This document shows positions 34,331 to 56,008 of a DNA stretch of 64,000 nt, in pieces; the stretch's first letter is position 1; every line of letters starts with the position of its first letter. The position numbers were made by a program, and so were the translations under genes. The notes beneath the pieces are model-generated. The model saw only the letters and a list, made by a program, of their open reading frames with translations, was not told where the DNA came from and made no database searches. The stretch lies in NCBI RefSeq assembly GCF_009914755.1, contig NC_060930.1; one strand, given 5' to 3'. Source of the DNA: the human T2T-CHM13v2.0 reference genome, Homo sapiens.

Positions 34331-34999
34331 ACTTGTTTAACTAAAACAAATGAAAGAGTATTAATAATCTTACTGAGTGTAAATGGTGTACTAGCTATTA
34401 TGTAAAATAGATAAGGTCTCTGCCGAATGGAAATGGCTAATATATTATTAGGGACTTATGCTCATAACTTCCAATAATAAAGTGATCAAGTGTACTAAAA
34501 AAAGAGACTTTTTTTAGAAGGTCAATTAGGATAGGATATAAGGAACAGACAATGTTTTATATTTATGAATAGAATATCTGACTAACGAATGGTTTTTCAG
34601 AAGCTCATCTATAGGTTCCTTGTTGGAAACTCAATGCATTTTCCCACAGAAAGGATGTTTAGGTTTCCAAGTCACAAAATCTGTTGTATCAGTATTCTGT
34701 AATAGGACACATCAGAAACACTCCAGAAATTAAGGCAAAAATTTGTTGAATGCTACAGAGGAGCTCACAGAATCTAGGGATACATGAAATTTCAGCCCTT
34801 AGGAAGAACAAGGACCAACGTAACTCTCAGATATAGGCTGCTAATGGACAGATGGGTTATCAGTCTTTTCTGAAAATCAGAATCTTCAATCAAGTGATAT
34901 AAGAAAAATATTGGTAAACCCTTGTATCTGTCTACTTCAGCTTCCTAGATTCTTGAAACTGGCAGGTCCTCAAAATGTTGAAGTTTTGAAGACTTTCTA

Positions 35000-35170
35000 A
35001 GTTCACATCCAGCTGTGCTACTTGCCATGTGACTTTGAACAAATTACTTAATTGTAACTATCTTCATCTGTAAATATGGGGACAAAACCATACCTAGCTC
35101 CTAGACTTTTTGAGAGGATTAAGTTAAATGTTAAATTATTGGCATAGAATATATATTCAATTAATAATAA
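35000..35170 (+). mobile_element. MIR
   Basis: TGTGACTTTGAACAAATTACTTAA..CATCTGTAAA..GAGAGGATTAA. Confidence 0.75.
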
Positions 35171-36150
35171 CTGATTATTTTCTTTTCATAAACAAAAATA
35201 CATCAAAATGTTAAGTATTCATAATAGGGTATGTATAAAAGGATAGTCTCTCATCATTTACAATAAGATTCTCTAATAAGAGCATTTTATTCTAATTGTA
35301 AAGAGAAATATTTTTAAAGGTCTGAGTTGCAATAATCTGATGACTAGAATTACAGTATGATCTGCTACTCAAATTAGACATTTTTATGATCAGTCAACAA
35401 TGTTCAGATGTCTTTAGTAGAGTTTAAGAACTATAACTAAGGAAATTTTACCCTTGTAAGTTAATACAATTTTTGCTTCCAAAGAAAAAGATAATAGAGT
35501 TCTTTAATTGGAACTGACTTAGTTCAACAGATCCAAGTGAGTTTCAAAAATGTATATTTCATGCCGTGGTTCTTTTTTTGTATATTCATTATTCATGATG
35601 GTTCTGTCTTGGTCTTGAACAAATAAACACCAGAATATTTCAAAATACTGAACTGTCTGTCCTGGCAAGAAATAGATCCCAAATGACTAAAACCAAAAAG
35701 GTCACAAGATGTTTCCCTTCATTTTGTCATTTGATCTTAGATAGGCTGCTCTCAAAACACAAGCTACAATAAGTAGCTATTTCAAGACAAGACAGCGCAA
35801 ATCTATCATTTAAAAGAGGAAATAAGTGGTGAGGACATTGCATTCCTAAACTAGAACTTCTGAACTGAAAACTTTTTGTTTGTTTAAAGTAATTCCACAT
35901 GACAAGAAATCAGTAAGAGAAGAATCCCACATTAGTGATGGCATATTAAGAGCTGGCTTTCTGACCACCCACTTCACTGCCTTTCAACCAGCCTCCTCTA
36001 CACATATGCAGGTTGCAAAGTGAGACACTTGCTTTCCTACACTCCATGTGATGGAGGTAGAATAGCCATATGGCCCAGTTCTGCCCAATGAAGTATAAAC
36101 AGAAGTCTCTGCTTGAGGCTTCTTAGCAATGCTATTTTAAAGGCTGGGCA

Positions 36151-36663
<513 letters not shown>

Positions 36664-36687
36664 TTACTTATTTAAACCTACCTTTCT

Positions 36688-37020
36688 GGCCAGGCGCAGT
36701 AGCTCAAGCCTGTAATTCCAGCACTTTGGGAGGCCGAGGCGGGTGGATCACCTGAGGTCAGGAGTTTGAGACCAGCCTGGCCAACATGATGAAACCCCAT
36801 CTCTACTAAAAATACAAAAATTAGCTGGGCATGGTGGCAGGCACCCGTAATCCCAGCTACTCAGGAGGCTGAGGCAGGAGAATGACTTGAACCTGGGAGG
36901 CGGAGGTTGCAGTGAGCCGAGGTTGCAGCGAGCCAAGATCGCACCATTGCACTCCAGCCTGGGTGACAAGAGCAAGACTCCATCTCAGAAAATAAAATAA
37001 AATAAAATAAAAATAAATAA
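36688..37020 (+). mobile_element. AluSq-like with internal 16-bp tandem duplication
   Basis: Exact TSD AAACCTACCTTTCT; GAGGTTGCAG(T/C)GAGCC twice. Confidence 0.94.
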
Positions 37021-37081
37021 ACCTACCTTTCTTGGGTCTTCAGTTGCTTGCAGGCAAACACACTTATAACTGATAAAAGTA

Positions 37082-37355
37082 GGCTGGGCACAGTGGCTCA
37101 TACCTGTAAATCCCAGAGCTTTGGAAGGCCGAGGTTGGAGGATCACTTGAAGACAGGAGACTAAGCCTGGGCAACATAATGGCAACTTGTCTCTACAAAA
37201 AAAAATTAGTCGGTGTGGTGGCATGAGCCTAGCTACTCAGGAGGCCGAGGCAGTGGGATCACTTGAGCCCAGGAAGTCAAGACTGCAGTAAGCTATGATT
37301 GCACCACTGCACTCCCAGCCTGGGTGACAGAGCAATCACCTGTCACTAAAAAAAG
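37082..37355 (+). mobile_element. AluJ
   Basis: Diverged dimer; TSD AAAAGTAG. Confidence 0.9.
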
Positions 37356-37555
37356 TAGCAATTTATTTTTCCAGAGACTATAAAGCACCTTAAGGAAAGA
37401 TGTTTTCATCAGATTGCACTAGGAATGCCTGAGAAACTTGATTTACATGGTGTGAAATGTGAATTTTTCTTTCCTGTACTTATTACCAAAATCAACTCTA
37501 ATGAAAAAACAAAGCTAACAGTTTTGAAATTTTTTATTGACACGTAGAATGAATA

Positions 37556-37897
37556 CAGTCATCCTTCAGTACCTGTGGAAGATTTGTCCTAGGACCCCCC
37601 CACTGATAGCTAAATTCAGAGATGCTCAAGACCCTAATATAAAATGGCATAGTATTATTTGCAAATAACCTACACACATCCTCCCCGTGTACTTTAAATC
37701 ATCTTATAATACCATTACTTATAATACCTGATACAACGGAAATTCTATGTAAATAGTCATTATACTGAACTGTTTAGGGAATAATGACAAGGAAAAAAGT
37801 CTGTTACATGTTCAGTACAGAGGTAATTTTAGAAGTTTTTTTATCTGCAGTTGATTGAATCCACAGGTGTAGAACTCATGAATACAGAAGGCTGATG
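37556..37897. mobile_element. MER2 (TcMar-Tigger MITE)
   Basis: TA-CAGTCATCCTTCAGTAC...ATACAGAAGGCTGATG-TA inverted ends. Confidence 0.85.
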
Positions 37898-38026
37898 TAT
37901 ATAATTTTAAGAGAATATCAATGAAATTGTAATGTGGATACATCTTTCCAGTTTTCTTTTCCTAAAGAAGGTAAAAAACATTCTTCACTACTAAGTTGAA
38001 ATATCACAGCATAACAATTACATAAT

Positions 38027-38335
<309 letters not shown>

Positions 38336-39806
38336 CTACAATTACACAATGTTTTTCACACTGGGGGTGCGGTAGATGAAGTAAATAAATATGTGCATCT
38401 CTTAGAACCAAATATGGGGATTTTCCAAGCTCTACCACTCCCTGCCCCACCCCTTTCCTTCTGAATTTACGACGTACATTTTGGAGACAGTTCTAGATTA
38501 TTTCTAATTTTTGTAATTAAAATTACTTAATGGTATTATAAACTACAGAAAAGCTACTACTATCTTTATTCAACTGATTTCCTCAAAATAGAAGAGACTT
38601 TTGAACTACAGGCAGGGTTTACCTGCTATGAAAGGGCCCAATATCCATCTGTGGGTATTTTAAGGCCTCTGTACACCTGCCAGATCAAAGTTCTCATGCC
38701 CCTGGGATTAAGTTAGTAGTTGGTCATCACACGTAGAATTGTATAATTTAGGGCATAGGGTGGGGTCACCCAGGGGCTAACTCAGGGAAAAAAAACCCCA
38801 CAGATATGGAGGGAAAAAAGACCTCATAGAGCCATCATGCAGTTATATTTCAGGGACTTTGGAGTAAGATTTCACTGCAGCAAGTTTATGCTGATTTTCT
38901 TTTAAAAATTAATAACTGGATTAAGATACATCCTACTGCCAGTTATAAATGCAAATATATGACTTGGGAGGGGCAACACATTTATTCAGCAACATCCCCA
39001 TACACTTTAAAGTTTACTTGGATTAGTAAATTAGAACAGTGGAGCAAACGAACTATTCATTTGACTTTCAGGTTGCTAATTCTTTAATTGCATTAATTAA
39101 AAACTAGTACAACCATGAACTTACATTCACTTCCCCAAAAGTATTTAGTCAATCAGTCACGTAATAGTTTCACAAATGTGGGCAAATTAACTCATCTAGT
39201 TTGTAAAAATAAAGTTACTACCTCACCAGGTGATTGTTCACATGAACATGTGTGAACCACGTAGCAACACAGAAAGTCTCAGATCCCAGGTATCCTGAGC
39301 ACCAAGGTCTGCTAACTTATTCTAGGGCAGTAGAACAATAATCTGGAATTTTTCCAAATTCTGCTATTAGCTCTGTTGAAGGCCTCTGGGGCTCTCTCAA
39401 CTCTCACAGCTATACTGACTGCAACCATCTCGGAGACATGTAACAGGTCTGCTGACTTCAAACCCCAAGCCCTTAGTCATTTACCATTGCTATACTGTCT
39501 TGGCATAGCATAAAAGTCTCTAGAGAGATATGACACAGAGCCCTTTCCAGGGAAAGGCACATTTATTAGTCCTAGGACCAAAGTTTCTGCCAGATATTCA
39601 TCTACTCTGTGAGCTGGGCTAGACAAGGTAGAAACCACAAGTATGTCTTCCCTTTAGGCTCAGAGCAAAGTCAGGGCATCTTTTCTCATAAGCTTGGGGC
39701 TTAGACAGTAAAGTCACAGTCCAAAGAGAAAACAAACCCTCTTAAAGCTCTGCAGGGAACTTTATGAGAGGGAAGATGACTCAGCACAAGAGAAAGAGTG
39801 TGTTGA

Positions 39807-40317
<511 letters not shown>

Positions 40318-42467
40318 TGAAGTCTTGTAACACAACTTATTCTTATGTTCAGATCTCATTATTTTTATGGGAATAGCTTTTCTCCTTAGGTCGATTATAA
40401 ATTATTTGAGGACAGGATGCACAGATTAGAAGTAGACTGTGAAGGCAACAAATACTTGCTAATGTTTGTCATTGATAAGATAAGGGAAAAGTGTATTTGA
40501 TAAAAGAGGTAACTCCTACCTGGTGTAGGAGTTTGGAAGCATTCTTACAAATCAAGAAATGTTGAAGAAAAATGTCTAGAGGTGTCACTAGACTAGGAAA
40601 GTGGGTCAGGAAGCATGAGAAAAACAAGATATTCACTAGAAGAGGAAGTGGATTTTGAGGCCAGGAATAAGGTCAGTGCTGCAGACACTGCAGGAATAAC
40701 CACAAGAGAAATTCCAGCCAGGAGGGGCCGCCCATGCCTGGGGAGCATTTAGCGGGTAGATCCACATTTGAACTGTTCCTCAGGGCCTCTTCTGTGGCAT
40801 TGGAGAATATCACTGTAGGACTTTGGACTATTGTGATTTGTCTATTGCAAAACATATGCATAGAGTCGTTTGTTTATCTCTAAACAAAGCTTGATTTTAC
40901 TATACTGCAATTATTGAACTTGCAAGGGGAGTTCATACCAGTTTACTACACTATCCCATGGACAGTTTTCTCAGGTTTTGGCTCATGCCAAAGCACATGA
41001 TTTTGGAGTAAAAAAAGACTCTGTCATTTCAACTTTCTAAGCCTAGTTTCCGCTCTTCCGAAATGGGAATATTTCTCATCTCAACAAGGTGTTGCTTTTA
41101 ACACCTTACCAGAGATACATAATAGACCCTTCATGAGTATTAGTTTCCTTCCTGTCTTTATGCCATAAGTATATCTGGCAAGATGATTATAACTTGAAAC
41201 ATTAGTGCATATTTAAGCCATAATAAATGTTTCCTAGAAGAAAGCAAAGGAAATAGCCTGAAACTTCAGAATCACTGAAGGAAGCCCAAGAAGGCATTTA
41301 GTTACTTTAGTATTGCTCTTCTAAACAGATGACCTATGACACAAAGCAAACTATCTTTCAATTAAGTTATTTTTGTTTTATGATGCATTCAGTTTTCATA
41401 AAATCAACTCTAGGAATTAGTTTATTTCCTCCCATGAAGAAAACAATTTTTTGATTTCTATAAAAAAATTATATCTTTTATATGTATATCATAAATAATT
41501 TTAATTTTAAATGCTGTTTAAAAGTAATTTTAACTGGCATTTTCATTGGCTGATACTTACAATCTTGACAATTTGATTTTGCTTATATTGACACATATTT
41601 CTAACTATCCGTTTAGATATTCTCCTAAGGTCTCTTACCACATCAAAAGGATATATAAACAAGTATTCTTTTAAAACAAAACTGAGAATATAGTAATCAT
41701 GTTACTATCTATATGTATCTCATAACATGATGTTGATGTTGTAAAACTCAAATACACACAGTAAAATTTATTTTAAAAAAAACCAAAACTGAGAAAACAG
41801 CAACCAATAATTTTTTCTTGGTCCTAAAAAGAGCGAACACAAACATATCATTTTTCTATGCATGCATAATAAACACCTTTACTTTTTTCGACGTGGTTAA
41901 CAGTCACTAATAAAGTCAGAGGATATTGATGATATATATATGCACATATATATAATTATATTAAAAAAGGAAATGTCTATTTCAGGCCCAAATTATTATC
42001 TGTTAATAATAATCATTAGTAAATAAGAAAAGGTACTTCAATCAACAAATACTAACTGAGCTTCTATTATATACCGAGCACATAGTGCTGGCTCCTATAA
42101 ATCTGGGTGTGAATGAGACCCCTTATTTCTTACTAGTTATACTGTATATTTACAAATGATTGAATCATATATGCTTTATTTTTTACTGCATTAAAACACA
42201 TGTACTTCTTAAAGCTTAATATTTAAAAAAATGAATTTTATCAGAAAAATAAATCAACAAAGAAGCCAGAGGGTTGGGTCAAAATGTTTCTCAGCTGTAA
42301 GAGCTCCTAGATTGATAGCCAATAAGCTATCTGGAAGTCATTCTCTTCCTTTAAAATTCAGCCTAGTTATAGAAAGTCCTCTCGCTCCCACAGGTCATAT
42401 TAGCAATAGCAGTTGAGATCAGAAGGTTGGAGGAGTAGAGATAGGGTTCATACAAATTGAAGCCATA

Positions 42468-42922
42468 TGTACTAGATGAGATTATTGTCCAAAATTCTTC
42501 CCTCCATCCCTCAGTCATGTAAACCTAAAGCTCACTGAAGTGGGTGGGGTGTATTTCTCCCCTCTATTCATGATCCACCCATGTAGCTGGCTCTGGACAT
42601 GGAATGTCATTGAACATGACACACGCAAAAGACTTAAATGTGCTTGCGTCCTTCAGCTCCGCCTCTCGCACCCCTGTGATTGCCACGAAGACAGCATGCA
42701 CCAGCTAGCTGCTATCCCTTCAGTCTGGGCCCCAGAATGAGACACACAGTCTTATGTTTAACCTAAAGTCTGCCAAGCCAAGATGACCCACAGTCTGAAG
42801 CAGAGTTATCCCAGCTGACCCACAGACCTGTAAGCAAAAAAAAAAAAAAAAAAGCTTCATGTTGTAAACTACTGAGTGTTTTTGAGATTTGGGAGATAAG
42901 GAGATAAATAGCTAACTAAAAC
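42468..42922 (+). mobile_element. MLT1 (H-like) LTR
   Basis: TGT..ATTATTGTCCAAAATTCTTC...AAATAGCTAACTAAAACA. Confidence 0.7.
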
Positions 42923-43769
42923 ACCACTGCTGGTTAAAATAAACAGCACATTTTTTCACTTGTTCACATTGGTAGGTCCAGATTGTAACATTCTAATAGT
43001 ATGAAGACTATGTATTTTACATAAAGAGACTCTAACGAGTTGCACAATTAATTTAAGATCCCTATGAGAAGTAATAAACCATATCAATGTAGAGAATTAT
43101 GAAACACAGGTGGGAGTCAGTAGAAAGTGAAGAAACAGCGCCACAAATGAGTAAAGCAGGTCTAGCAGGCTTGTCTGTTGAGTTACTGACTACTGGCATG
43201 TCCCAATGGCATTGACACAACCATCACACTTGAATTCTTTTCCTGTTAATAACACAAAGCTTCTCTTTTCCATTCATAATTGAAACATACTTTCATAGGT
43301 CAAAGACTTTGGCTTCAGAAACTTAATAAAATGAGACTTTAATTTGATATCAAATCTAATTTGAAAGGCAAGCACAGTGAGTGATGGTCTTCTTTGTTTA
43401 AGTTACTGAGGAAAGTACAGAGGCGACTATTATGTAAATTACACACTTGTACCAAGACAAGGTTGAATGCTGTCACAGTGAGCTCTGTGAATGGAGGTGA
43501 GGGAGGCAACCATGCAAGCTGAGAAAAATAATGAAGAAACGATTCATTACACAGTACACATCCTATATGTAGGACACAAAGGCAAGCAGAATCAACACGC
43601 AACATGTTGGCCAACACCATACTCACATTGGGAGGAGAAATGTAGTTTCAATAAAACATTATCCATAACTTGTTGATTTGAACTTTTCTGCTTGGTAGCT
43701 GTGTTGAAATCTAATTTTAGATGTTGTTTCTGTTTTATGGGTGTAATGTGTGTAAGAGGTAGGAAGTGT

Positions 43770-44555
43770 TGCCTCAGTTAGTATCCAGTTGTTGTGAGTG
43801 ATAGAGAAGCCAGCACAAACCCACTTTAACGGGAAAGAAAAAGTACTTATTCATGTAGCGGAAAAGCCTCAGTGTCATGAACTGCTTGACCCAGGAACTC
43901 CAAAAATGTAATCAAAATTTGTTTTCTTTTAGTTCCTTGGCACTGCCTTTTGCTGCGTCAGCTTCATTTTTAACATTCATGTGGTAGCTTCTGTATCTCC
44001 AGGCTCACATCTTCCTTATCACCACAGGTTCCTGTGGAAAAAGAAAAATGAGGCAGGGTGTATGGTGGCTCAGCCTGTCATCTCAGCACTTTGGGAGGGC
44101 AAGGCAGTTGGATGCTTAAGCCCAGGAATTTGAGATGAGCCTGGGCAACCTAGAGAGACCTTATCTCTACCCAAAATTTTAAAAATTAGCCAGGTATGGT
44201 GGCATGTGTCTGTGGTCCCAGCTGCTCGGGAGGCTGAGGTGGGAGGATTGCTTGAGCTTTGGAGGTCGAGGCTACAGTGAGCTATGATCTCACCACTGCA
44301 CTCCAGCCTGGGCGACAGAGAAAGACTCTGTCTCAAAAAAGAAAAAGTAGACCCCATGCAACTGTAATATTCACTCAGATGGATCCAATCACTGTAGCCA
44401 GGGCCTCATGCTTCTGTGGCGTTACTGGAAGTGTGCACGCTGATCATTTTCAATGACAGGTGGGGCTAGGAGAAAAGTTCCCAGAAGGAAATTAGGGTCC
44501 TCTCAGGAAAGTAAGATTTATTTTTGGTGAACAAGCAACAGCAACTCTCTTCTAC
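43770..44555 (-). mobile_element. Old MLT1 LTR containing AluJ (44052-44347, +)
   Basis: GTTGTGAGTGATAGAGAAGCC..; TGGATCCAATCACTGTAGCCAGGG; Alu dimer. Confidence 0.6.
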
Positions 44556-44557
44556 AG

Positions 44558-44621
44558 CAGGAGTTGGCAAACTATGGCCCACGGGCCAAACTTATCCTAC
44601 TGCCTGTTCTTATACAACCCA
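44558..44621 (+). mobile_element. MER58 left-end fragment
   Basis: CAGGAGTTGGCAAACTATGGCCCACGGGCCAAA. Confidence 0.75.
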
Positions 44622-44726
44622 CTATTTTCAGGCTCAAATTACTATCTGTTAATCAGTAATAATACTTACTAAAGAAGAAAATAATGTATGTCAATCAATA
44701 AATATTTATTGTAATAAATTAAATTA

Positions 44727-45202
<476 letters not shown>

Positions 45203-45689
45203 TCAGGAATTTGAAATGGGGTAACTAATAGTGGGAGTTGAAGTTTAAAAGATATCCTAGAAGAAGGGAAGGGGCAGGAGGAGCCTGGAGCAAACCAAAC
45301 TTATGAGCAAGATAAAAGTACGAAAAATCATAAATGGTAGTTACAGCAGAAGCTTTGAGGAAGGGAAATGGTGTGGAATAAACCACAAGGAAGTCAGCTG
45401 GTAGCAGAAAGGGAAGCAAAAGGACACTAAGAGGAGCAGAGATCAAGAGTATCAGAGTCATGTTAATAATACCACAGCACTCAAATGACAAGGATAATGC
45501 ACTGTCCCTTAGCTGCCGTGGAATCAATACAGATTCTGAAGATATCTGTTGGTCTTTAGTTTCTTTGAGATTCTGTGTCTCTTTTTGCCAAATATATATT
45601 TATAATAATCACCACTGCTAGATCTTGCTGAAGGATGTCTCTTTTACTTGCAATCTGAAGAGCTTAACAGCTTGACTATATATATGGGT

Positions 45690-45971
<282 letters not shown>

Positions 45972-46519
45972 AGCTTGACTATATTTAAGATAACTGTTGA
46001 GTAAAATTTATGTGCTGTATGCCCATTGAGGTCTGTTATTCTAATTAATCTTTTTTTGCCATATTTATAAAAAGTATTGAGTTAAAGAACTGTGTTGGGT
46101 TATTATAAAAGATAGCTATGTCAGCCAGATTGAGCCAAATGATAATTGCAGTCAAAATGTGACTGTCAACAGTGAGCATGCCAGGTGTCCTCATCAGCGT
46201 TTACTAGGAAGGCTGCAGTAACAACCCCCAAATCACCACGGTTTAAAACAATGAAGGATTATATCTCATTCATGTTGCTCATTAGCCATGGGTTGATGGC
46301 AATTCTTCTGCTCCATGTGTCTTCTTCAATATCTGAGATGTGCCATTCCCAGGGCACAGGGAAAAGAGGATAGAGTTGGCAAAAACACACAAGAACGATC
46401 AACACTTTTACTTCAACATAATGTAAGTCACATCCACTCATCTGCCATTGGCCAAAACAAGCCGCATGTCGAAGACCAACATCAATGGAGCAGGAATGTG
46501 TACTTTTTCCATAGAAAGT

Positions 46520-48905
<2,386 letters not shown>

Positions 48906-49172
48906 AAGGCACTGTGAGTTATTATGGGCAGAGATATGTGTAATCCTCTCTCAGGAAGGGAAATTACTTAAAACAATAATAAAAGATAACTGGTTACCAT
49001 GGAAACTATCACACAGAAACATGTATCAATATATTGATATAATCTTTTCCTGATGATATGTAATTTATGAAAGCTATAAAGTAATATATATCTTAAATTT
49101 AATCATGTGTATATATTCTTATATATAAACTGTAATTGTTATCATTATCTAGTATGCAAGAAACTGCTAGAT

Positions 49173-49176
<4 letters not shown>

Positions 49177-49217
<41 letters not shown>
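49177..49217. repeat. (TG)20 microsatellite
   Basis: Read directly. Confidence 0.97.
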
Positions 49218-49220
<3 letters not shown>

Positions 49221-49240
49221 CAGTTGTTCCTCTAAAGGAA

Positions 49241-49513
49241 TTTTTTTTATTTTTTTAAGACAGGGTCTTGCTTTGTCACCCAGGCTGGAGTGCAGTGGCA
49301 TGATCATAGCTCACTGCAGCCTTGACTTCCCAGGCTCAAGCAAGTAGCTGGGACTACAGGTGTGCCACCACGCCCAACTAAGTTTTGTATTTTTTGTAAA
49401 GACAAGGTTTCGCCATGTTGCCCAGGCTGGTCTCGAACTCCTGAGCTCAAGGGATCCTCCTGCCTCAATTTCCCAAAGTGCTGGGATTACAGGTGTGAGC
49501 CTCAGTGTCCGGC
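49241..49513 (-). mobile_element. AluJ
   Basis: TSD CCTCTAAAG; small internal deletion. Confidence 0.92.
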
Positions 49514-49864
49514 CCTCTAAAGAAATTTAAAACCAGTGTGAGTTATTTGTTTTCAAGCTAGTTATGAAGCATTACATATACATTTAAAACAGTAATGAAC
49601 CAAGCAAGGAAAAGATCAGAAGCAGTACTACACACATACTGCCATGTGCATGCATGTGTGTATACGTATATATATATATAAGAATTTGGTATATTAAAAA
49701 ATTTGGGATTTTAAATCAGTGGGAAGAGAATGAATTATTAAATAATTGGTGGTGAGATAACTAATCATATTTTCAAAAGCTGGGTCCTTATTGCATAATT
49801 TGTACCTAAATAGATTCCAGGTGGATTAAATATTTAAATTTTAAAAATCATAAAAATATTAGAA

Positions 49865-50160
49865 GGCTGGGCACAGTGGCTCATGCCTGTAATCCTAACA
49901 CTTTGGGAGGCTGATCATGAGAATGACTTGAGACTAGCCTGGGCAACATAGCAAGACCCTGTCTCTACAAAAAACGATTTTAAAAAATAGCCTGGTGTGG
50001 TGGTGGGTGCCTGAAATCCTAGCTACTCAGGAGGCAGAAGCAGGAAGATCACTTGAGCCTAGGAGCTTGAGGTTGCAGTGAGCCATGATCATCCCACTGC
50101 ACTCCAGCCTGGGCGACAGAGCAAGATGCTGTCTCAAAAAAATTAATTAATTAATTAATT
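49865..50160 (+). mobile_element. AluJ with (AATT)n tail inside an L1M fragment (~49680-50240)
   Basis: Alu dimer; flanks TAGATTCCAGGTGGATTAAATATTTAAA and GAAGAAAATGTA are L1-like. Confidence 0.85.
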
Positions 50161-50739
50161 AAACATATATATGAAGAAAATGTAAAAGGAATGTTTATAC
50201 AATCATGGGGCAGTGTAAGACTTTCTCAGCATTACACCAAAGATAGAAATAATAAGATTTTGATGAGCTTGGTTAATGTAGTGGATACCTTAAAAGGCAA
50301 TCCCCTCCAAAAGGGAGTTAGCTCAGGAGACAAAAACTCTGCCCTATACCCAATCCATAGAACTGGATTCTTAGCAACTGTGTTAGAACGACATGATTCT
50401 GCTCCACTAGCCCTTGATACCGGACCCAACCTGAAGCAATCAGATTTCCTTTAAAGGGTATTTGGACTTGGAACAAAGAGCTCTGGTTCAGTCCAGCTGC
50501 TCTATTCAGTAGGAAACAGGTAAACACAAAAGAGATGAAATGGTCGTTTTCCACCCATCTTGTACCTGTGAAGCAAAAAAAGCTGTATTGTCAAGAGATA
50601 AAAGTAAAGCAGATGCACAGAGAAATGCAGATGTGGAGAGAGCACGTTATGGCATTTCGGGTACTTGACTTCAGTACCTGGCTGCATTGTTGCCCTTGGG
50701 TGTAAGGAGCTGCATGTATCAATACATGCATTGGAAAGC

Positions 50740-51128
50740 TTTTGCGCGCCTCTCCTTTCTCACATCTGGTTGTGATGCAAATGATTCCACATAGACTTTT
50801 ACTCTTTTTCTATCTCGGTATCTCACCTGAGGAGTGGGCAGGCCGGGCGCGTTGGCTCATGCCTGTAATCCCTGCACTTTGGGAGACCGAGGCGGGCAGA
50901 TCACCTGGGGTCAGGAGTTCCACACCAGCCTGGTCAACATGGCGAAACCCCGTCTCTACTAAAAACACAAAAACTAGCCAGGCTTGGTGGTGGGTGCCTG
51001 TAGTCTCAGTTACTCAGGAGACCGAGGCACGAGAATCGCCTGAATCCAGGAATCCAGAGTCAGAGACTGCAGTGAACCAAGATTGCACCATTGCACTCCA
51101 AACTGGGTGACACAGCACGACTGAATCT

Positions 51129-51159
<31 letters not shown>

Positions 51160-51511
51160 GAGTGGGTCACACTCTCTTGATTCCTGCCCATGGTCTTTAG
51201 TGGTGCCTTGGTGTAGGACAATGCAGGAGCCCACTGGGACTGACTGAGGCACCCAGAAGTGTTCACCACCAGTGGGGAGACTGCTTTCTCTTTTGTCCCT
51301 CAGATAGAGATCTGCAGGTGTCAGCAGAAATAAACACCAATCTCCTGCAACAGGGCCAACCCAATAATGCAGTCTAGCATTGCCTTTTTCTCCTTCCTGA
51401 CTTCACTTTCCTTGGCCCCTCACTCCTGCTCCCTGGAATCGCATACCAAATCAAGCACCTGCATGCAGCCCTAGGCCCAGGCTCTGCTCTGGGGGAAACC
51501 CAGAAGAAGCA
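50740..51511 (+). mobile_element. LTR16C-like 5' LTR interrupted by AluS (50841-51150)
   Basis: CCCTCACTCCTGCTCCCTGG..CAGGCTCTGCTCTGGGGGAAACCCAG LTR16 3' end. Confidence 0.7.
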
Positions 51512-51843
51512 AGTGTGGCCACAGAAGTGGCCATAGAAAGAATGCTCTCGAGACAGGATTCTAAACCTGGATTACCCACTGGTCAGGCAGCAAAAAGAAA
51601 TCCATCACTGGTAACAGGTGAGAGGGCTATACTCTCTGGTAGCTTCACAAAATGGCTTCCCTGATTGCCACTGTCTACATTTGATTGGAACATGGTGGAG
51701 GCAAAAGACAAAGAATATGTGGTATTCTAGCACTGGAAGAGGTTGCAACAGTCATCATAAAAATTATTTTTAAAATGAATTATAGAATGGCTTCGCTTTG
51801 GTTAGCTGCTTTTAAACTCTTGATAAAAGAAATCAGCATACTC

Positions 51844-52140
51844 GGCCGGGCGCGGTGGCTCACGCCTGTAATCCCAGCACTTTGGGAGGCCGAGGCAGGT
51901 GGATCACGAAGTCAGGAAATCAAGACTAGCCTGGCCAACATGGTGAAACCCCATCTCTACTAAAAATACAAAAATTAGCTGGAGACGGTGGTGCACACCC
52001 GTAGTCCCAGCTACTCAGGAGGCTAAGGCAGGAGAATAGCTTGAACCTGGGAGGCAGAGGTTGCAGTGAGCCAAGATTGTGCCACTGCTGCACTCCAGCC
52101 TGGGGACAGAGTAAGACTCTGTCTCAAAAAAAAAAAAAGA
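51844..52140 (+). mobile_element. AluS (Sc/Sg)
   Basis: TSD AAGAAATCA(G/A)CATACTC. Confidence 0.94.
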
Positions 52141-52219
52141 AATCAACATACTCATGTTATGTAGCTGCCCACTATAAAAATAAGAGTCCTCCATGGCAGT
52201 GGATACTCCGAGGCCTGTC

Positions 52220-54430
<2,211 letters not shown>

Positions 54431-54574
54431 AAAGCGGGGGAAATGAAAAGAAAACGATCCTCATTTCCTGTAGCTGTAGAGAAATATATGCTGAAAAATC
54501 AGGCCCAGGATTCAACGGTAAGAGCAGCAAAACTGCAAAGGAGACTGAATGCACAGCCTCAAAAAGTCTATGCC

Positions 54575-54875
<301 letters not shown>

Positions 54876-55321
54876 TCTATGCCAAAGCTGAGGACTTGAT
54901 AGGAAAAGTGATTTCCTGAAAGCTGACATAGTGACATTTGGGTAGATAACCTCAGCATCTGGAACCCACAAATTCCCCCGAATCTTCTGCCAGAAGAAGC
55001 CGTACTCTCCTTCTTGCTAGAGAGGAAAATTCCACAATCCCTGGAAGCTTTGCAGAAACCTCACCTGAGTCAGGTGTCTTGGAGGACAATGCTTTTTTTC
55101 TGTCCAAGATCTGCCACCACATCCTTCACTGCCTTAGGAATAGCAAGGGTCTAGAGGGAAAATGCATTTCCTACTCTAGAAGGAAATGGCTTACACAATC
55201 AAAACAATTACAGGACCAAAATAAGAAGTACTAGCAAGAATGGATGAACATGTATGAGAGTGAATCTCAAGGGTATTGAACCAGGAGAGTGATGAGGGGA
55301 TAAAATATAAATCTGTGCAGT

Positions 55322-56008
<687 letters not shown>

